Shown here: positions 40,276 through 50,244 of the stretch, piece after piece
How positions within the stretch are numbered: the stretch's first letter is position 1
Layout of the letters: each line of letters starts with the position of its first letter
DNA from: Candidatus Latescibacterota bacterium
GTDB taxonomy: Bacteria > Latescibacterota > UBA2968 > GCA-2709665
Length of the DNA: 64,000 nt
Assembly: GCA_965116875.1 (NCBI GenBank)
Contig: OZ220733.1
Coordinates: 4,864,001-4,928,000, forward strand
Direction of reading: 5' to 3'
Notes under the pieces: model-generated
Told to the model about the DNA's origin: nothing
The model's database searches: none
Seen by the model: only the letters and a program-made list of their open reading frames with translations
Made by a program: the position numbers and the translations under genes

Positions 40276-40318
40276 TTGACTTTCGTCTATTAGTAGGTAC
40301 CATTGGGCCGCCTGTCAA
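40276..40318. promoter_or_regulatory. Overlapping divergent sigma70-type promoters
   Basis: Plus: TTGACT-N16-TACCAT (40276-40303); minus: TTGACA-N17-TACTAA (40318-40290). Confidence 0.5.
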
Positions 40319-40407
40319 CGTATTTTCCATACCGCAATCGTGGCGGTCTCGCGTACGCCGACCGGAAAACCGACGCCATCCGGTCCAATGCCGCACAATT
40401 CAATGAC

Positions 40408-41940
40408 ATGTCCCGACATCCTTTGCTGGCTGGCATCGACGTAGGCACAACGAATATCAAGGCGCTTGTCTTCGATACGGCCGGCCGCGTTCAGGCCTCC
40501 GCGAGCGTGCCGACGCCAACCCATTACCCCCGACCCGGCTGGGCGTATCATACACCGGATGAATTGTGGACAAGCACGCTGACCGTGTTACGGGACGCGG
40601 TTTCGCAACTGAACGTGGCCGACGCGGTCTCGAGTATTGCCGTTTCAAGTATGGCCGAGTCCGGCGTACCCCTCGACGCGGGTGACCGCCCCACCGCCGG
40701 CATCATCGCCTGGTTCGACGGGAGGACGTCAAGCCAGGCCGCGTGGCTGAACAAGACCGTCGGCGAAGAGCGGATCTACGCCATTACCGGGCTGTCGCTG
40801 AAGCCCATTTTCGGTCTTTGCAAGGTACTCTGGCTGAAAGAAAACGACCCGGAGGCTTTCGCGAGAACGGCCTCGTGGCTGAACGTCGCAGACTATATCG
40901 CGTTCCGCCTGTGCGGCGAGAAGGCAACGGACTATTCTCTCGCATCACGGACGCTCGTCTTTGACCTTCACCGGCGGGCCTGGCATCCCGGCCTGCTGGA
41001 TGAAACGGGGGTTTCACCCGGACTCTTTGCGGAGGCATTGCCATCCGGCACGCTGCTTGGCCGAATCCTGCCCGACGTTGCACGGGCGGCCGGCCTTCCG
41101 TCCCGCGTGCAGGTGACAACCGGCGGACACGATCACATATGCGGGGCGCTTGCCGCGGGCGCCACGGAACCGGATACGCTGCTGAATTCCCTCGGCACAG
41201 CGGAAGCGGTCTGCATAACCGGCCGTCGGGCGTGGCTCAGCGACGAGTTTGCGCGGCAGGGGTATACCACGGGCGCCCACGTCGCACGGGACCGGTACTA
41301 TATTCTGGGAAGCATCTACACCTCCGGGGCATGTGTTGTGTGGGTCCGAAACCTTCTAGGTATTGACGTTGGATACGAAACACTGATATCCGAAGCCGAA
41401 CTGGCCCCGACCGGAAGCCTGGGCGTCCACTTCCAGCCTCACCTCCGCCTTGGCAATCCTCCGAACAACGACCCGGAATCGAGAGCCGCGTTTATCGGTC
41501 TCAATGCCGATGTAACCCGCGGGACCCTGTTTCGGTCCGTGCTGGAAGGATTGGCCTACGAGTGCCGTCTCTGCCTCGAAGCCATCGTGTCCCACCCCGG
41601 GATCGACAGACCGAAACGAACCGTAGCCATCGGCGGGAACACCCGCAACCGGCTTCTCATGCAAATCAAGAGCTCGGTATTCAACCAGAGGATCTCGATT
41701 GCGGACGTGGAGGAATCCGTCGCCCTGGGCGCCGCGGTACTGGGCGGCCTGGGCGCAGGCGTTTATGAAAACATCGACTCCGCGCTGAACGAATTGACCT
41801 ACGACAGCTGGACGATAGAACCGAACGCCGAACAGGTCGAGATCTACGAAACCGGATTTCAGACCGTCTACCGCGGAATATACCCCGCGCTTCAATCCCT
41901 GCACCATAGATTGGGAGATATCCGGAATACGAACCGGTAG
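40408..41940 (+). CDS. FGGY-family carbohydrate kinase
   Basis: GIDVGTTNIK, IAWFDGRT, TDYSLASRT, GGHDH, LGTAE, VLEGLA, ALGAA. Confidence 0.92.
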   Translation: MSRHPLLAGIDVGTTNIKALVFDTAGRVQASASVPTPTHYPRPGWAYHTPDELWTSTLTVLRDAVSQLNVADAVSSIAVSSMAESGVPLDAGDRPTAGIIAWFDGRTSSQAAWLNKTVGEERIYAITGLSLKPIFGLCKVLWLKENDPEAFARTASWLNVADYIAFRLCGEKATDYSLASRTLVFDLHRRAWHPGLLDETGVSPGLFAEALPSGTLLGRILPDVARAAGLPSRVQVTTGGHDHICGALAAGATEPDTLLNSLGTAEAVCITGRRAWLSDEFARQGYTTGAHVARDRYYILGSIYTSGACVVWVRNLLGIDVGYETLISEAELAPTGSLGVHFQPHLRLGNPPNNDPESRAAFIGLNADVTRGTLFRSVLEGLAYECRLCLEAIVSHPGIDRPKRTVAIGGNTRNRLLMQIKSSVFNQRISIADVEESVALGAAVLGGLGAGVYENIDSALNELTYDSWTIEPNAEQVEIYETGFQTVYRGIYPALQSLHHRLGDIRNTNR

Positions 41941-42035
41941 GTCTGTCCCCGATTCAAACTGCGTACCTCAGTGCGGCGGGTCGCCCGCCTGGCGTGAATT
42001 TCTGAAAATACTGGATTTTTTTAAAGGGAGTCTCC

Positions 42036-43022
42036 ATGCACACCATCAACTGCGCTATCGTGGGGTACGGCGGCATCGCGCTCTTCCACGCCCGCGCGCT
42101 CAGTCGCATCCCGGAGGTCCGCCTTCATACCGTCGTCGGGCGCAGAGCCGAACCTGCCGATTCATTCCGGGAAGCGTGGGGCTTTGGGAACGCGACCAAC
42201 AGCTACGAGAAAGTCCTGGCTGACCCTGATATTGACGCGGTTGTTATCGCCTCCCCCAGCGAGGTTCATTACGAACAGACCCGTCAGGCCCTGGAGGCCG
42301 GCAAGAACGTCCTGGTTGAAATCCCTGTGGCGCTTTCACACAAGGGGGCCGCCGAGATTGCCGGCCTCGCGAGGAAGTCCGGAAACAAGCTGCTGGTTGC
42401 CCATACCCGCCGATTCAACCGCACGGGACGGTTTGTGAGGGACTTTATCGCAAACGGCACGGCAGGCCACGTGCACCAGCACCATACACACGAATTTCAG
42501 TTGCGCCGCGACAACGTGGGTTGGACCGGCTACAGGCGGAGCTGGACCGACGACGTTCTGTTCCACCACGGTTGCCATGTGCTCGACTACTCCATCTGGA
42601 CCATCGACAGACCCGTTCGCCGGATTCGCGGCGAACTCAGCCCGCTCGACGACCGAACCGGCACGTCGCTCGACGTCAGCATGCTGCTCCGCTATACCAC
42701 GGAGACCATCGCGGCGCTCAGCCTTTCCTACAATGCCCGAACGGGCGTCAGCAACAATATCTACCTGTGCGACGCGGGTACCCTCGTAGTTTCTGGCAAT
42801 CGGGTCACGCTGAACGGCAAGACCCTCTTCCAGAGCGAAGATACCCTGGACGACGACGTCCTGGTCCAGAATACCGATTTCATCGAGTCGATTCGAAAAG
42901 ACAGGCAGCCGGCATGCGGCGCCGATCAGGCCCTCGAAGCCCTGGAACTGCTCCAGCAGGTCTACGACCAGTCCATCACGCTGGAAAACGAGGGCAAATA
43001 CAAACGGATGTGGGAGATGTAG
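42036..43022 (+). CDS. Gfo/Idh/MocA oxidoreductase
   Basis: IVGYGGIA, IDAVVIASP..H, VLVEIP (EIP variant of EKP), HHGCH. Confidence 0.88.
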   Translation: MHTINCAIVGYGGIALFHARALSRIPEVRLHTVVGRRAEPADSFREAWGFGNATNSYEKVLADPDIDAVVIASPSEVHYEQTRQALEAGKNVLVEIPVALSHKGAAEIAGLARKSGNKLLVAHTRRFNRTGRFVRDFIANGTAGHVHQHHTHEFQLRRDNVGWTGYRRSWTDDVLFHHGCHVLDYSIWTIDRPVRRIRGELSPLDDRTGTSLDVSMLLRYTTETIAALSLSYNARTGVSNNIYLCDAGTLVVSGNRVTLNGKTLFQSEDTLDDDVLVQNTDFIESIRKDRQPACGADQALEALELLQQVYDQSITLENEGKYKRMWEM

Positions 43023-43203
43023 CTGGACGCCGCGCTCTTCGCTTCCGGAACGGTTTCCTGTAAAGTCATTTATACGATTCCTTTCGACTGATAAATCAAT
43101 GGACTCGTGTTCGTGGCGCGAATTCTCTGACGTCTCATTCGCAATCTGTGGACGCCTCTCTCCCGCGTTCGAGATCAACACGTCTGCCCCGGTTCCTGTA
43201 TCA

Positions 43204-43758
43204 CTACAGGACCATCTCAATCAGCCCCCGACTCCTCCTGTCCAGCGCGCCGAGGTCCGCCACTTCGAACCGGTTGCCGTCCACGTCCAGAATCAACACG
43301 CGCTTTTCGTCCAGCCACCTGGCGTCTTCACCCACGTTCTTTACGACGAATTCACGCGGGCCCCGGTCCGTTGTAACCTCCCAGTACGAGACGCCGTATT
43401 CACTGCGAATCGAGTGGACCCGTTCGACTCGCGAGGTCATATACCGCAGGTCAAGTTCCTCCCGGATGATGGCCTGATTCTCCACGGACAGCCTGGTTAC
43501 ATCATCCACCATGCAGATCACCTCGTCATTCGCGTCGAGGAAACAGATGTACCGGTCCGGATCCGACAAGGGGACCGCGCGAACGATCTTCACCCTCAGA
43601 TACGTGCGATCGCCTTCGATGGTCATCCGAAGGCGCCAGGCCGGTTCCCGGAAGAGCCTGATCCTGCCGGTGTCCACGTCCTGCGGGTGGGTCACGTCGA
43701 TCGGCGTGGGTTTCCATTCGTGTTTATATTCCGCATTCATGGTTTCGCGTATCCTCAT
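43204..43758 (-). CDS. DUF1854 domain protein
   Basis: VRAVPLSDPDRYI, EELDLRY, WEVTTDRG, LILDVDGNRF, LDRRS; ATGA-coupled to the ABC gene. Confidence 0.85.
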   Translation of the reverse strand: MRIRETMNAEYKHEWKPTPIDVTHPQDVDTGRIRLFREPAWRLRMTIEGDRTYLRVKIVRAVPLSDPDRYICFLDANDEVICMVDDVTRLSVENQAIIREELDLRYMTSRVERVHSIRSEYGVSYWEVTTDRGPREFVVKNVGEDARWLDEKRVLILDVDGNRFEVADLGALDRRSRGLIEMVL

Positions 43759-45989
43759 GCCCTTCCTGATTCCGCCTTGCCCCCGCCGACGGCCATCACC
43801 GCCGATGTTTCCTGCTGGCTCTTCACCAGGCGGTAGAAGATGCCTTTACGCGACATTAATTCATGGTGCGTGCCTACTTCGGCTACCTTGCCGTCGTTCA
43901 ACACCACCAGCCTGTCCGCGCTGCGCAGCGTGGAAAGCCTGTGCGCGATCGCGAAGGTCGTGCGGCCCTTTACAAGACGCGAGATCGCCTTCTGGATCTT
44001 CCACTCCGTCCGCGTATCCAGCGAAGACGTCGCCTCATCCAGAATCAAAATCCGGGGATCGTGCAGAATTGCACGCGCGATGGATATACGCTGCCTTTCG
44101 CCACCCGACAGATTTCCGCCTTTTTCTCCCACCTTCATATCGTACCCGTCCGGCTTCTGTACGATGAATTCGTGCGCTTCCGCCGCGGCGGCGGCACGAA
44201 TGACTTCACTGAACGTCGCATTCGGCTTGCCGTACGCGATATTTTCGGCAATCGTTCCGTCAAAAAGGAATGGCTCCTGCTGAACCATACCGATCCGTGA
44301 CCTCAGGTCTTCCAGGCGTACCTCCCGCATGTCGTTTCCGTCGATTTCCACGCGTCCCCTGTCCGGATCGTAGAACCGGCAAATCAGGTTGATCAGTGTG
44401 GATTTTCCGGCGCCGGATTTCCCCACGAGCCCGACCATCTCTCCCGGTTTCACGACAAGATCTATCCCCTTCAGAATGGGCTTTCCGCGGTCGTAACCGA
44501 AGAACACGCCCCGGAACGCAACCCGCCCTTTCATTCTCGGCAGGGGTACCGCATCCGTACCGTCGCCGGTTTCCGGTCCTGAATCCATGACTTCGAAAAT
44601 GCGTTCTGCGCCGGCGAAAGCCCGCAGCAGGACATTGTAGAGTTCGCCAAACCACCGCAGTGGTTCGTACAACATCCACAGATAGCTGATGAAGGCGACC
44701 AGGGCGCCCAGCGTCATCTCCCCGCCGAGAATCTGGCGGCCACCGAAATACCAGACCAGAAACACGCCCAAACTCATCAGAAAATTCGTCACCGTAAAGA
44801 ACACAAACCAGTTCCGCTCGCCGGCAACGGTCACTTCCCGCAGATCCTCGTTGCGGCGATCGAACCGCTCGCTTTCGCGGGATTCCTGCGCAAACGCTTT
44901 TACGACCCGGATGCCGCCGATCGATTCGCTCAGGTGCGAAGAAAGGCGTGACCATCTCGAGCCCCAACGGATCCAGTGGCGCATCACGCGCTTCCAGATA
45001 CGACTTCCACCCAGCACAATCGGGGGAATGGGCAACAGAACAAGCAGCGCAAGCTGCCAGTTTGTCCCCAGCAACATACCCAGAATCCCTACGAAAAGCA
45101 GTGCTTTCGATACGACCAGAGGCAGGTCGGAAGCCAGAAAACCCTCCAGCCTGTCTGAGTCGTTCGACATCCTTGAGATGAGGCTGCCTGTGGTTCGGCG
45201 ATCGTAAAACCGCAGCGGCAGGAACTGCAGCCTTCGGTAAAGATCGGACCGAATGTCCTGCACACCCCGATGTCCCAGGCGGAGAGAGAGCCATTCCATT
45301 GTCACCGCAGCCGCACAGAACAACAATCGCACACCCAGAAGACCGAACACGAGCCAGACCAGCAGATTGATATTGGCGCGGGGGGTAAGCACGTCGTCGA
45401 TGATGTGCTGCGTAATCCGGGGCGGCAGCAATTCCAGCACAGTCGAAACGAGGGTCAGAATCACGACGGATGCCAGCCGCCACGGCTGCGCCGTGAGATA
45501 TCGCAGAAGGCGGCGCAACGTCTGCCATTTCCTGATGCACGCCGCACAGATTCCGTTCCTTTCAGGCAGCAGCCGGCCGCACGCGTCACAGCGTGCCCGC
45601 TCTACTTCCTCCGGCAAAGACAGATTCCCGCCCTCCGACAACTGCCGGATGCCTTCCGCCACCTCGGCGAATTTGGGTATCAGTGATTGTGTATATGGTA
45701 CCAGAAGCGGGCCTTCGTTCTGCCGATCCACCGCCAGGCAGCCTCCGCCAACCACCTCTTCCGTCCGTACACCCGCCATCTCATCCATTGGTACCACCAC
45801 GATATCTCTGTTGTCATCGTGGGGAACGACCATCAACCGCTTCTGTGTAACGACCACCCATTGCCGGCCGAAGCGCCGGTTCGGGAGCAAATCCGTCGCT
45901 ACGTGCATAAGCGCCGGATCTTCGTTCAGGCCTTCCCTGCCGAGCGCCTCGGATACGGATGCCGGCAGAGTCTCTTTGAACGCATTCAT
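43755..45989 (-). CDS. ABC exporter (TMD+NBD) with N-terminal extra domain and CxxC-x10-CxxC ribbon
   Basis: RCDACGRLLPERNGICAAC; GKSGAGKST, LSGGERQR, ILDEATS, IAHRLST. Confidence 0.92.
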   Translation of the reverse strand: MNAFKETLPASVSEALGREGLNEDPALMHVATDLLPNRRFGRQWVVVTQKRLMVVPHDDNRDIVVVPMDEMAGVRTEEVVGGGCLAVDRQNEGPLLVPYTQSLIPKFAEVAEGIRQLSEGGNLSLPEEVERARCDACGRLLPERNGICAACIRKWQTLRRLLRYLTAQPWRLASVVILTLVSTVLELLPPRITQHIIDDVLTPRANINLLVWLVFGLLGVRLLFCAAAVTMEWLSLRLGHRGVQDIRSDLYRRLQFLPLRFYDRRTTGSLISRMSNDSDRLEGFLASDLPLVVSKALLFVGILGMLLGTNWQLALLVLLPIPPIVLGGSRIWKRVMRHWIRWGSRWSRLSSHLSESIGGIRVVKAFAQESRESERFDRRNEDLREVTVAGERNWFVFFTVTNFLMSLGVFLVWYFGGRQILGGEMTLGALVAFISYLWMLYEPLRWFGELYNVLLRAFAGAERIFEVMDSGPETGDGTDAVPLPRMKGRVAFRGVFFGYDRGKPILKGIDLVVKPGEMVGLVGKSGAGKSTLINLICRFYDPDRGRVEIDGNDMREVRLEDLRSRIGMVQQEPFLFDGTIAENIAYGKPNATFSEVIRAAAAAEAHEFIVQKPDGYDMKVGEKGGNLSGGERQRISIARAILHDPRILILDEATSSLDTRTEWKIQKAISRLVKGRTTFAIAHRLSTLRSADRLVVLNDGKVAEVGTHHELMSRKGIFYRLVKSQQETSAVMAVGGGKAESGRA

Positions 45990-46034
45990 AATGAATTCCA
46001 ATTCAGCAGGGCCACCGGGACCGTCAGGGGCCGA

Positions 46035-48263
46035 CTACGCCTTTACGGCGATAATTTCGGAAACTTCCTGCTGCATGCGCACCAGCGTGTAGAAAACACC
46101 CTCCTTCGACAGCAACTCACCGTGGGTCCCGGCCTCTACGATCCGCCCGCCGTCCAGAACAACCAGCCTGTCCGCGTTCCTGAGCGTGGACAACCTGTGC
46201 GCGATCGCGAACGTCGTCCGACCGCGTACCAGGCGAGAAACCGCCTCCTGAATCTGGATCTCCGTCTGAACGTCGACGCTGGACGTCGCCTCGTCCAGAA
46301 TCAGAATCCTGGGATCGTGGAGGATTGCCCGCGCAAGCGAAACTCGCTGTTTTTCGCCCCCCGACAGATTTCCGCCACTCTCGCCCACGTCGGAGTCATA
46401 TCCATCGGGCCTGGATACGATGAAGCCATGCGCATTGGCTGCCTTCGCCGCGTCCATGATTTCATCGAGTCCGGCACCGGGTTTTCCGTAACCGATGTTC
46501 TCCGCAATGGTACCGCTGAACAAAACCGGTTCCTGAAGGACGACGCCGATTTGCGCGCGCAAATCCTCCAGCCGGATATTCCGGACGTCCAACCCGTCGA
46601 TTTCAATTCCGCCAGCATCCACTTCGTAAAATCTGCATATCAGGTTTACGAGCGTTGTCTTTCCGACGCCCGACTTTCCCACAAGTCCAATCATTTCGCC
46701 CGGCTCGACATCGAGGTCGATTTCCCGCAACACGGGGTTAGATTTGTCATATCCGAAGGTAACGTCTCTGAACTGAACTCGACCCTTCATTGCGGGCAGG
46801 GAGATCGCGCCGGGATCTTCGTACGCCTCGGGGGGCGTGTCGATGACTTCGAAGATGCGCTCGGCCCCGGTAAGCGCACGTGTCATCCAGTTGCTCACCA
46901 TGCCGAACCACTGCAGGGGGCCGTAAAGGAGCCACATGTAGTTGTAGAATGCCATCAGCGTGCCCAGTGTCATCTCCCCGCCCAGGACCTTCTGTCCCCC
47001 GAAAAACCAGACGATCAACACGCCCAGTCCACTCAGAAAATTCGTTGTCGTCCAGAAGACCGTCCAGCTGGTTTCCGCCCGTACGGCCCTTGACGTGAGA
47101 TCACGGTTACGCCGCTCGAATACTTCGATCTCGCGTTTCTCCTGAGTAAACGCCTTCACGATCCGAATGCCTGCAATCGCTTCGTTTACGCGAGCGATCA
47201 ATGCGGACCAGCATCGGTACCACCTGGCATAATTGGTACGCATCCGTTTCCAGCAGATGGCTGTTCCGGCCACGACAAGAGGCACAGGAATGAGTACAAG
47301 GAGCGTGAGGCGCCAGTTCATCATCAGCAACGCGGCCATTATGCCCAGAAACATCAGGCTGTTGGTGATGAGATAGGGCAATCCGTCGACCAGAAAATGC
47401 TGTAGTCGCTCTGTATCCCTCGTCACGCGCGACATCAGAGCGCCTACCTGACGCTTGTCGTAAAACTGAAGCGAAAGCAGTTCCAGGCGTCGATACAGCT
47501 GGCTTCGAATATCCGCCGTCACCCTCGCACTCAGCCAGGTCGCCGTCCAACCGTGAAGCCACTCAGCCGCCCACGTAATCAATCGAATACCCACCAGGGC
47601 AAGCACCAGTTGAATCAGGAGGCCCAGCCTTTCGTCGACGGGGGATGTCTGAAGGGGGGCCAGAACGTCATCGACAATCAGTCGTGTTATCTGGGGAGGA
47701 ATCAACTCGGCGCAGGTTGTCAGAACGGTTGCCAGCGCGAGCAGCGCAGCCCGCACCCTGTAGGGCCTCAGGTATCTTGCGATTCGAGCCAGCACATCCA
47801 TCTTCCTGAGGCATGCCGGACAGATTCCGTTCTTCTCGGGAAGAAGCCGGCCGCAGGACTCGCATCGCGTCCGCTCCGGGACCATCTCCGCCAACAGCGG
47901 CTGTGACGTCCGAAGCCGCTCGATCCGACGGGCCAACTCTGAAAAATCGCCGGCCTCTGTCTGGGAGTGAAGCACCCGCACAGTCGGCAGGGCTTTGCGT
48001 TCGATCTCCAGCTGTGCGCCGCCCACGAGTGGTTCGGTACGGGCGAACAACACGTCTGACAGCGGAATATCGACCAGGTCCCGCGCACCTTCCCCGCGGA
48101 ACACGAGGACCCGTTCCCGCGTTACCACCACCCACTGGCTGCCGTAGTCGCCCCGGACGTCCATGTCCGAACGTGCCTGCAGCAAGGGCGTTTCGCCGCG
48201 GTCCAACAACGCGCGGACGCGATCGTCTGTAATGTTGTTCCGTGCGTCACGCCACGAATTCAT
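46035..48263 (-). CDS. ABC exporter paralog (TMD+NBD) with N-terminal extra domain and CxxC-x10-CxxC ribbon
   Basis: RCESCGRLLPEKNGICPAC; GKSGVGKTT, LSGGEKQR, ILDEATS, IAHRLST. Confidence 0.92.
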   Translation of the reverse strand: MNSWRDARNNITDDRVRALLDRGETPLLQARSDMDVRGDYGSQWVVVTRERVLVFRGEGARDLVDIPLSDVLFARTEPLVGGAQLEIERKALPTVRVLHSQTEAGDFSELARRIERLRTSQPLLAEMVPERTRCESCGRLLPEKNGICPACLRKMDVLARIARYLRPYRVRAALLALATVLTTCAELIPPQITRLIVDDVLAPLQTSPVDERLGLLIQLVLALVGIRLITWAAEWLHGWTATWLSARVTADIRSQLYRRLELLSLQFYDKRQVGALMSRVTRDTERLQHFLVDGLPYLITNSLMFLGIMAALLMMNWRLTLLVLIPVPLVVAGTAICWKRMRTNYARWYRCWSALIARVNEAIAGIRIVKAFTQEKREIEVFERRNRDLTSRAVRAETSWTVFWTTTNFLSGLGVLIVWFFGGQKVLGGEMTLGTLMAFYNYMWLLYGPLQWFGMVSNWMTRALTGAERIFEVIDTPPEAYEDPGAISLPAMKGRVQFRDVTFGYDKSNPVLREIDLDVEPGEMIGLVGKSGVGKTTLVNLICRFYEVDAGGIEIDGLDVRNIRLEDLRAQIGVVLQEPVLFSGTIAENIGYGKPGAGLDEIMDAAKAANAHGFIVSRPDGYDSDVGESGGNLSGGEKQRVSLARAILHDPRILILDEATSSVDVQTEIQIQEAVSRLVRGRTTFAIAHRLSTLRNADRLVVLDGGRIVEAGTHGELLSKEGVFYTLVRMQQEVSEIIAVKA

Positions 48264-48372
48264 GGAACTCACGTCCTCCTACGCTTTCGTGCATTGAATG
48301 CCCATGAAACGTTTACCGGATGCCACCATTGTCGATCGCATCCGGATCCTGTAAAACTCAAGGCCACGAATC

Positions 48373-48390
48373 AAAAACCGCCGTTGGCGG
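48373..48390 (-). terminator. Possible intrinsic terminator
   Basis: Minus strand CCGCC-AAC-GGCGG-TTTTT. Confidence 0.35.
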
Positions 48391-48443
48391 AAATCGCGAC
48401 GTTCGAGAACGATGCCATTGCATCCGATTTCACACACGTCATT

Positions 48444-49088
48444 TCACTTCACGAGTTCGACCGTGCCCCACAGGCTCGGGTCGTACGAAACAGGAAGCGG
48501 CTCGTCGGCCGTCCACGACTGACGGCCCTGTCTCCGATCCTGAAGCAGGTAGGTAAATCCCAACAGGCGGTTTTCTTCGGGATCGAACCCGGTCAACGAC
48601 TTTGCCGGCAGATGGACCTCCAGCCGGTACCCGGTTCCGGATGCGTCGCAGGCGACGGGCAGCTCCGAGGATTCACTCATTCCTGACTGCGCGCGAGCCC
48701 GACGGATTCGCGTCTGTCCGCCACGTGGCTTCGCCCGTCCCGTGGCGGGCAGGAAATAGAAATGGTGGCAATACCGGCTCGCACGGTGTGCATTCCGGAC
48801 ATTCCGCGTATCCAGCCAGATCTGTAAGCCATCGCCCCGTAACGGCCGCCGGCGGTCCACGTTGGCGCCGGCGGCCTTCCTGACGTTTGCGGCGAAATAG
48901 AGACCCCGCTCGCTCCACGCGGCGTACACGTCCGCAAAGGCCTCTCGACCTTCCAGCTCCATAAGGTCCGGTACCTGATATCTACGGTCCCAATCCTGAA
49001 GGTCGCCGTCGATGACCGGCGGCACACCGCGATACGGGCACTGCCACGCGAAATTGAAAAAGGACCGTTTCGGGACTTCCGGGTTCAT
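48444..49088 (-). CDS. CBM9/DOMON-like sugar-binding domain protein
   Basis: PVIDGDLQDW, AAWSERGLYFA, GDGLQIWLD, GYRLEVHLP, PSLWG. Confidence 0.72.
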   Translation of the reverse strand: MNPEVPKRSFFNFAWQCPYRGVPPVIDGDLQDWDRRYQVPDLMELEGREAFADVYAAWSERGLYFAANVRKAAGANVDRRRPLRGDGLQIWLDTRNVRNAHRASRYCHHFYFLPATGRAKPRGGQTRIRRARAQSGMSESSELPVACDASGTGYRLEVHLPAKSLTGFDPEENRLLGFTYLLQDRRQGRQSWTADEPLPVSYDPSLWGTVELVK

Positions 49089-50146
49089 GGAGTCGGTTCT
49101 CCGGCCGCCCGTACAAGGTTGCCTTTTTGGCGCACGACCGCCGATTCCTCCATCGCGTTCCCATGTATGAGAACAGGCCGGTTCGTTCCTGTCCGGTCGT
49201 TAACGATCAGGTCGACGTTCCGGAAGTGATTCCCGGTAACCGACAACCCCGCGCCAGTAAGCCAGAGCGGCAATCGCTTTGATGGGCCCGCTCCCCGGAT
49301 CACGTTACCCGAAACGGACGTATGAAAGCCCCTCACGTCCATGGCCAATGCCAGACGCCCACCGGAATCAACCGTCACGATATTGCCCGAAATCACATGG
49401 CCCTCGGAATCTGCCCAGGACCGGAAGGCGATGTCCAGGTCGCCACCTTCTCGAACGTACACCTGGTTATTCGCCATAATGATTGAATCCCCTGCATCCG
49501 ATCCCACGGCAACGTGGGTACGGCCGGTAATCTCGACGAAATTACCCATCACAAATCCCGGTCCGCCCAGCAGTTCCACCGCATCTGAGTTCGCGTTGCC
49601 CAGGCGGTTGTTGATGACTCTCATATTGGGCCCCTGCAGCATAATGCCCAGTCTCTGGGAATTCAGAACCGTACAATTCTGTATGGTAACGTTGTGCGTG
49701 GGCATCGGACAGGACCCGCCGGGCTCCGCGCAGAATGCCTTGATGCCGTTGTATTCGAACCGCCCGTGGGAGACGTTCAGGAACTCGGAGCCGTCATACG
49801 GATTCTGATCGCGATTCTGGTCCACCCAGAGATCCCGTATCGTGATATTTCCCACCCCGTTCCCGATAATGCGGATCACGTTCGTATTCTGTCCCGGCGC
49901 GAGAACCAGCCGCGTCGCGGCGCCCTGCCCTGCCAGCGTCACGTTGCTTCGGTCGATTGTCAATCCACCGAGTGAACCCGCCACCCTTCGGATGTCGTAG
50001 ACGCCCTCCTTCAGGACGACCGTGCCGCCCGCCGGCGGTAGCGCTCGAATCGCCTCGTGGATTTCCTCCTGATCACCGCGTCCGTCTCCGACGAAATCGG
50101 CTCCGTCCCTGGACTCATCAGACGAAGTCCGTGTTGCGACTGTCAT
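49085..50146 (-). CDS. Right-handed parallel beta-helix protein (pectate-lyase-3/tailspike-like)
   Basis: ADFVGDGRGDQEEIHEAIRALP..GGTVVLKEGVY, NVTLAGQG, repeated I.GN.V coils; no signal peptide. Confidence 0.75.
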   Translation of the reverse strand: MTVATRTSSDESRDGADFVGDGRGDQEEIHEAIRALPPAGGTVVLKEGVYDIRRVAGSLGGLTIDRSNVTLAGQGAATRLVLAPGQNTNVIRIIGNGVGNITIRDLWVDQNRDQNPYDGSEFLNVSHGRFEYNGIKAFCAEPGGSCPMPTHNVTIQNCTVLNSQRLGIMLQGPNMRVINNRLGNANSDAVELLGGPGFVMGNFVEITGRTHVAVGSDAGDSIIMANNQVYVREGGDLDIAFRSWADSEGHVISGNIVTVDSGGRLALAMDVRGFHTSVSGNVIRGAGPSKRLPLWLTGAGLSVTGNHFRNVDLIVNDRTGTNRPVLIHGNAMEESAVVRQKGNLVRAAGEPTP

Positions 50147-50244
50147 CACGTTCCTCCAATTGATTCACGGTATACAACGCTACAAGCGCTACCTTATACC
50201 CGGTGCGGATGCACCTTTCGCCTGATCCTTACCGGCAATGTACG

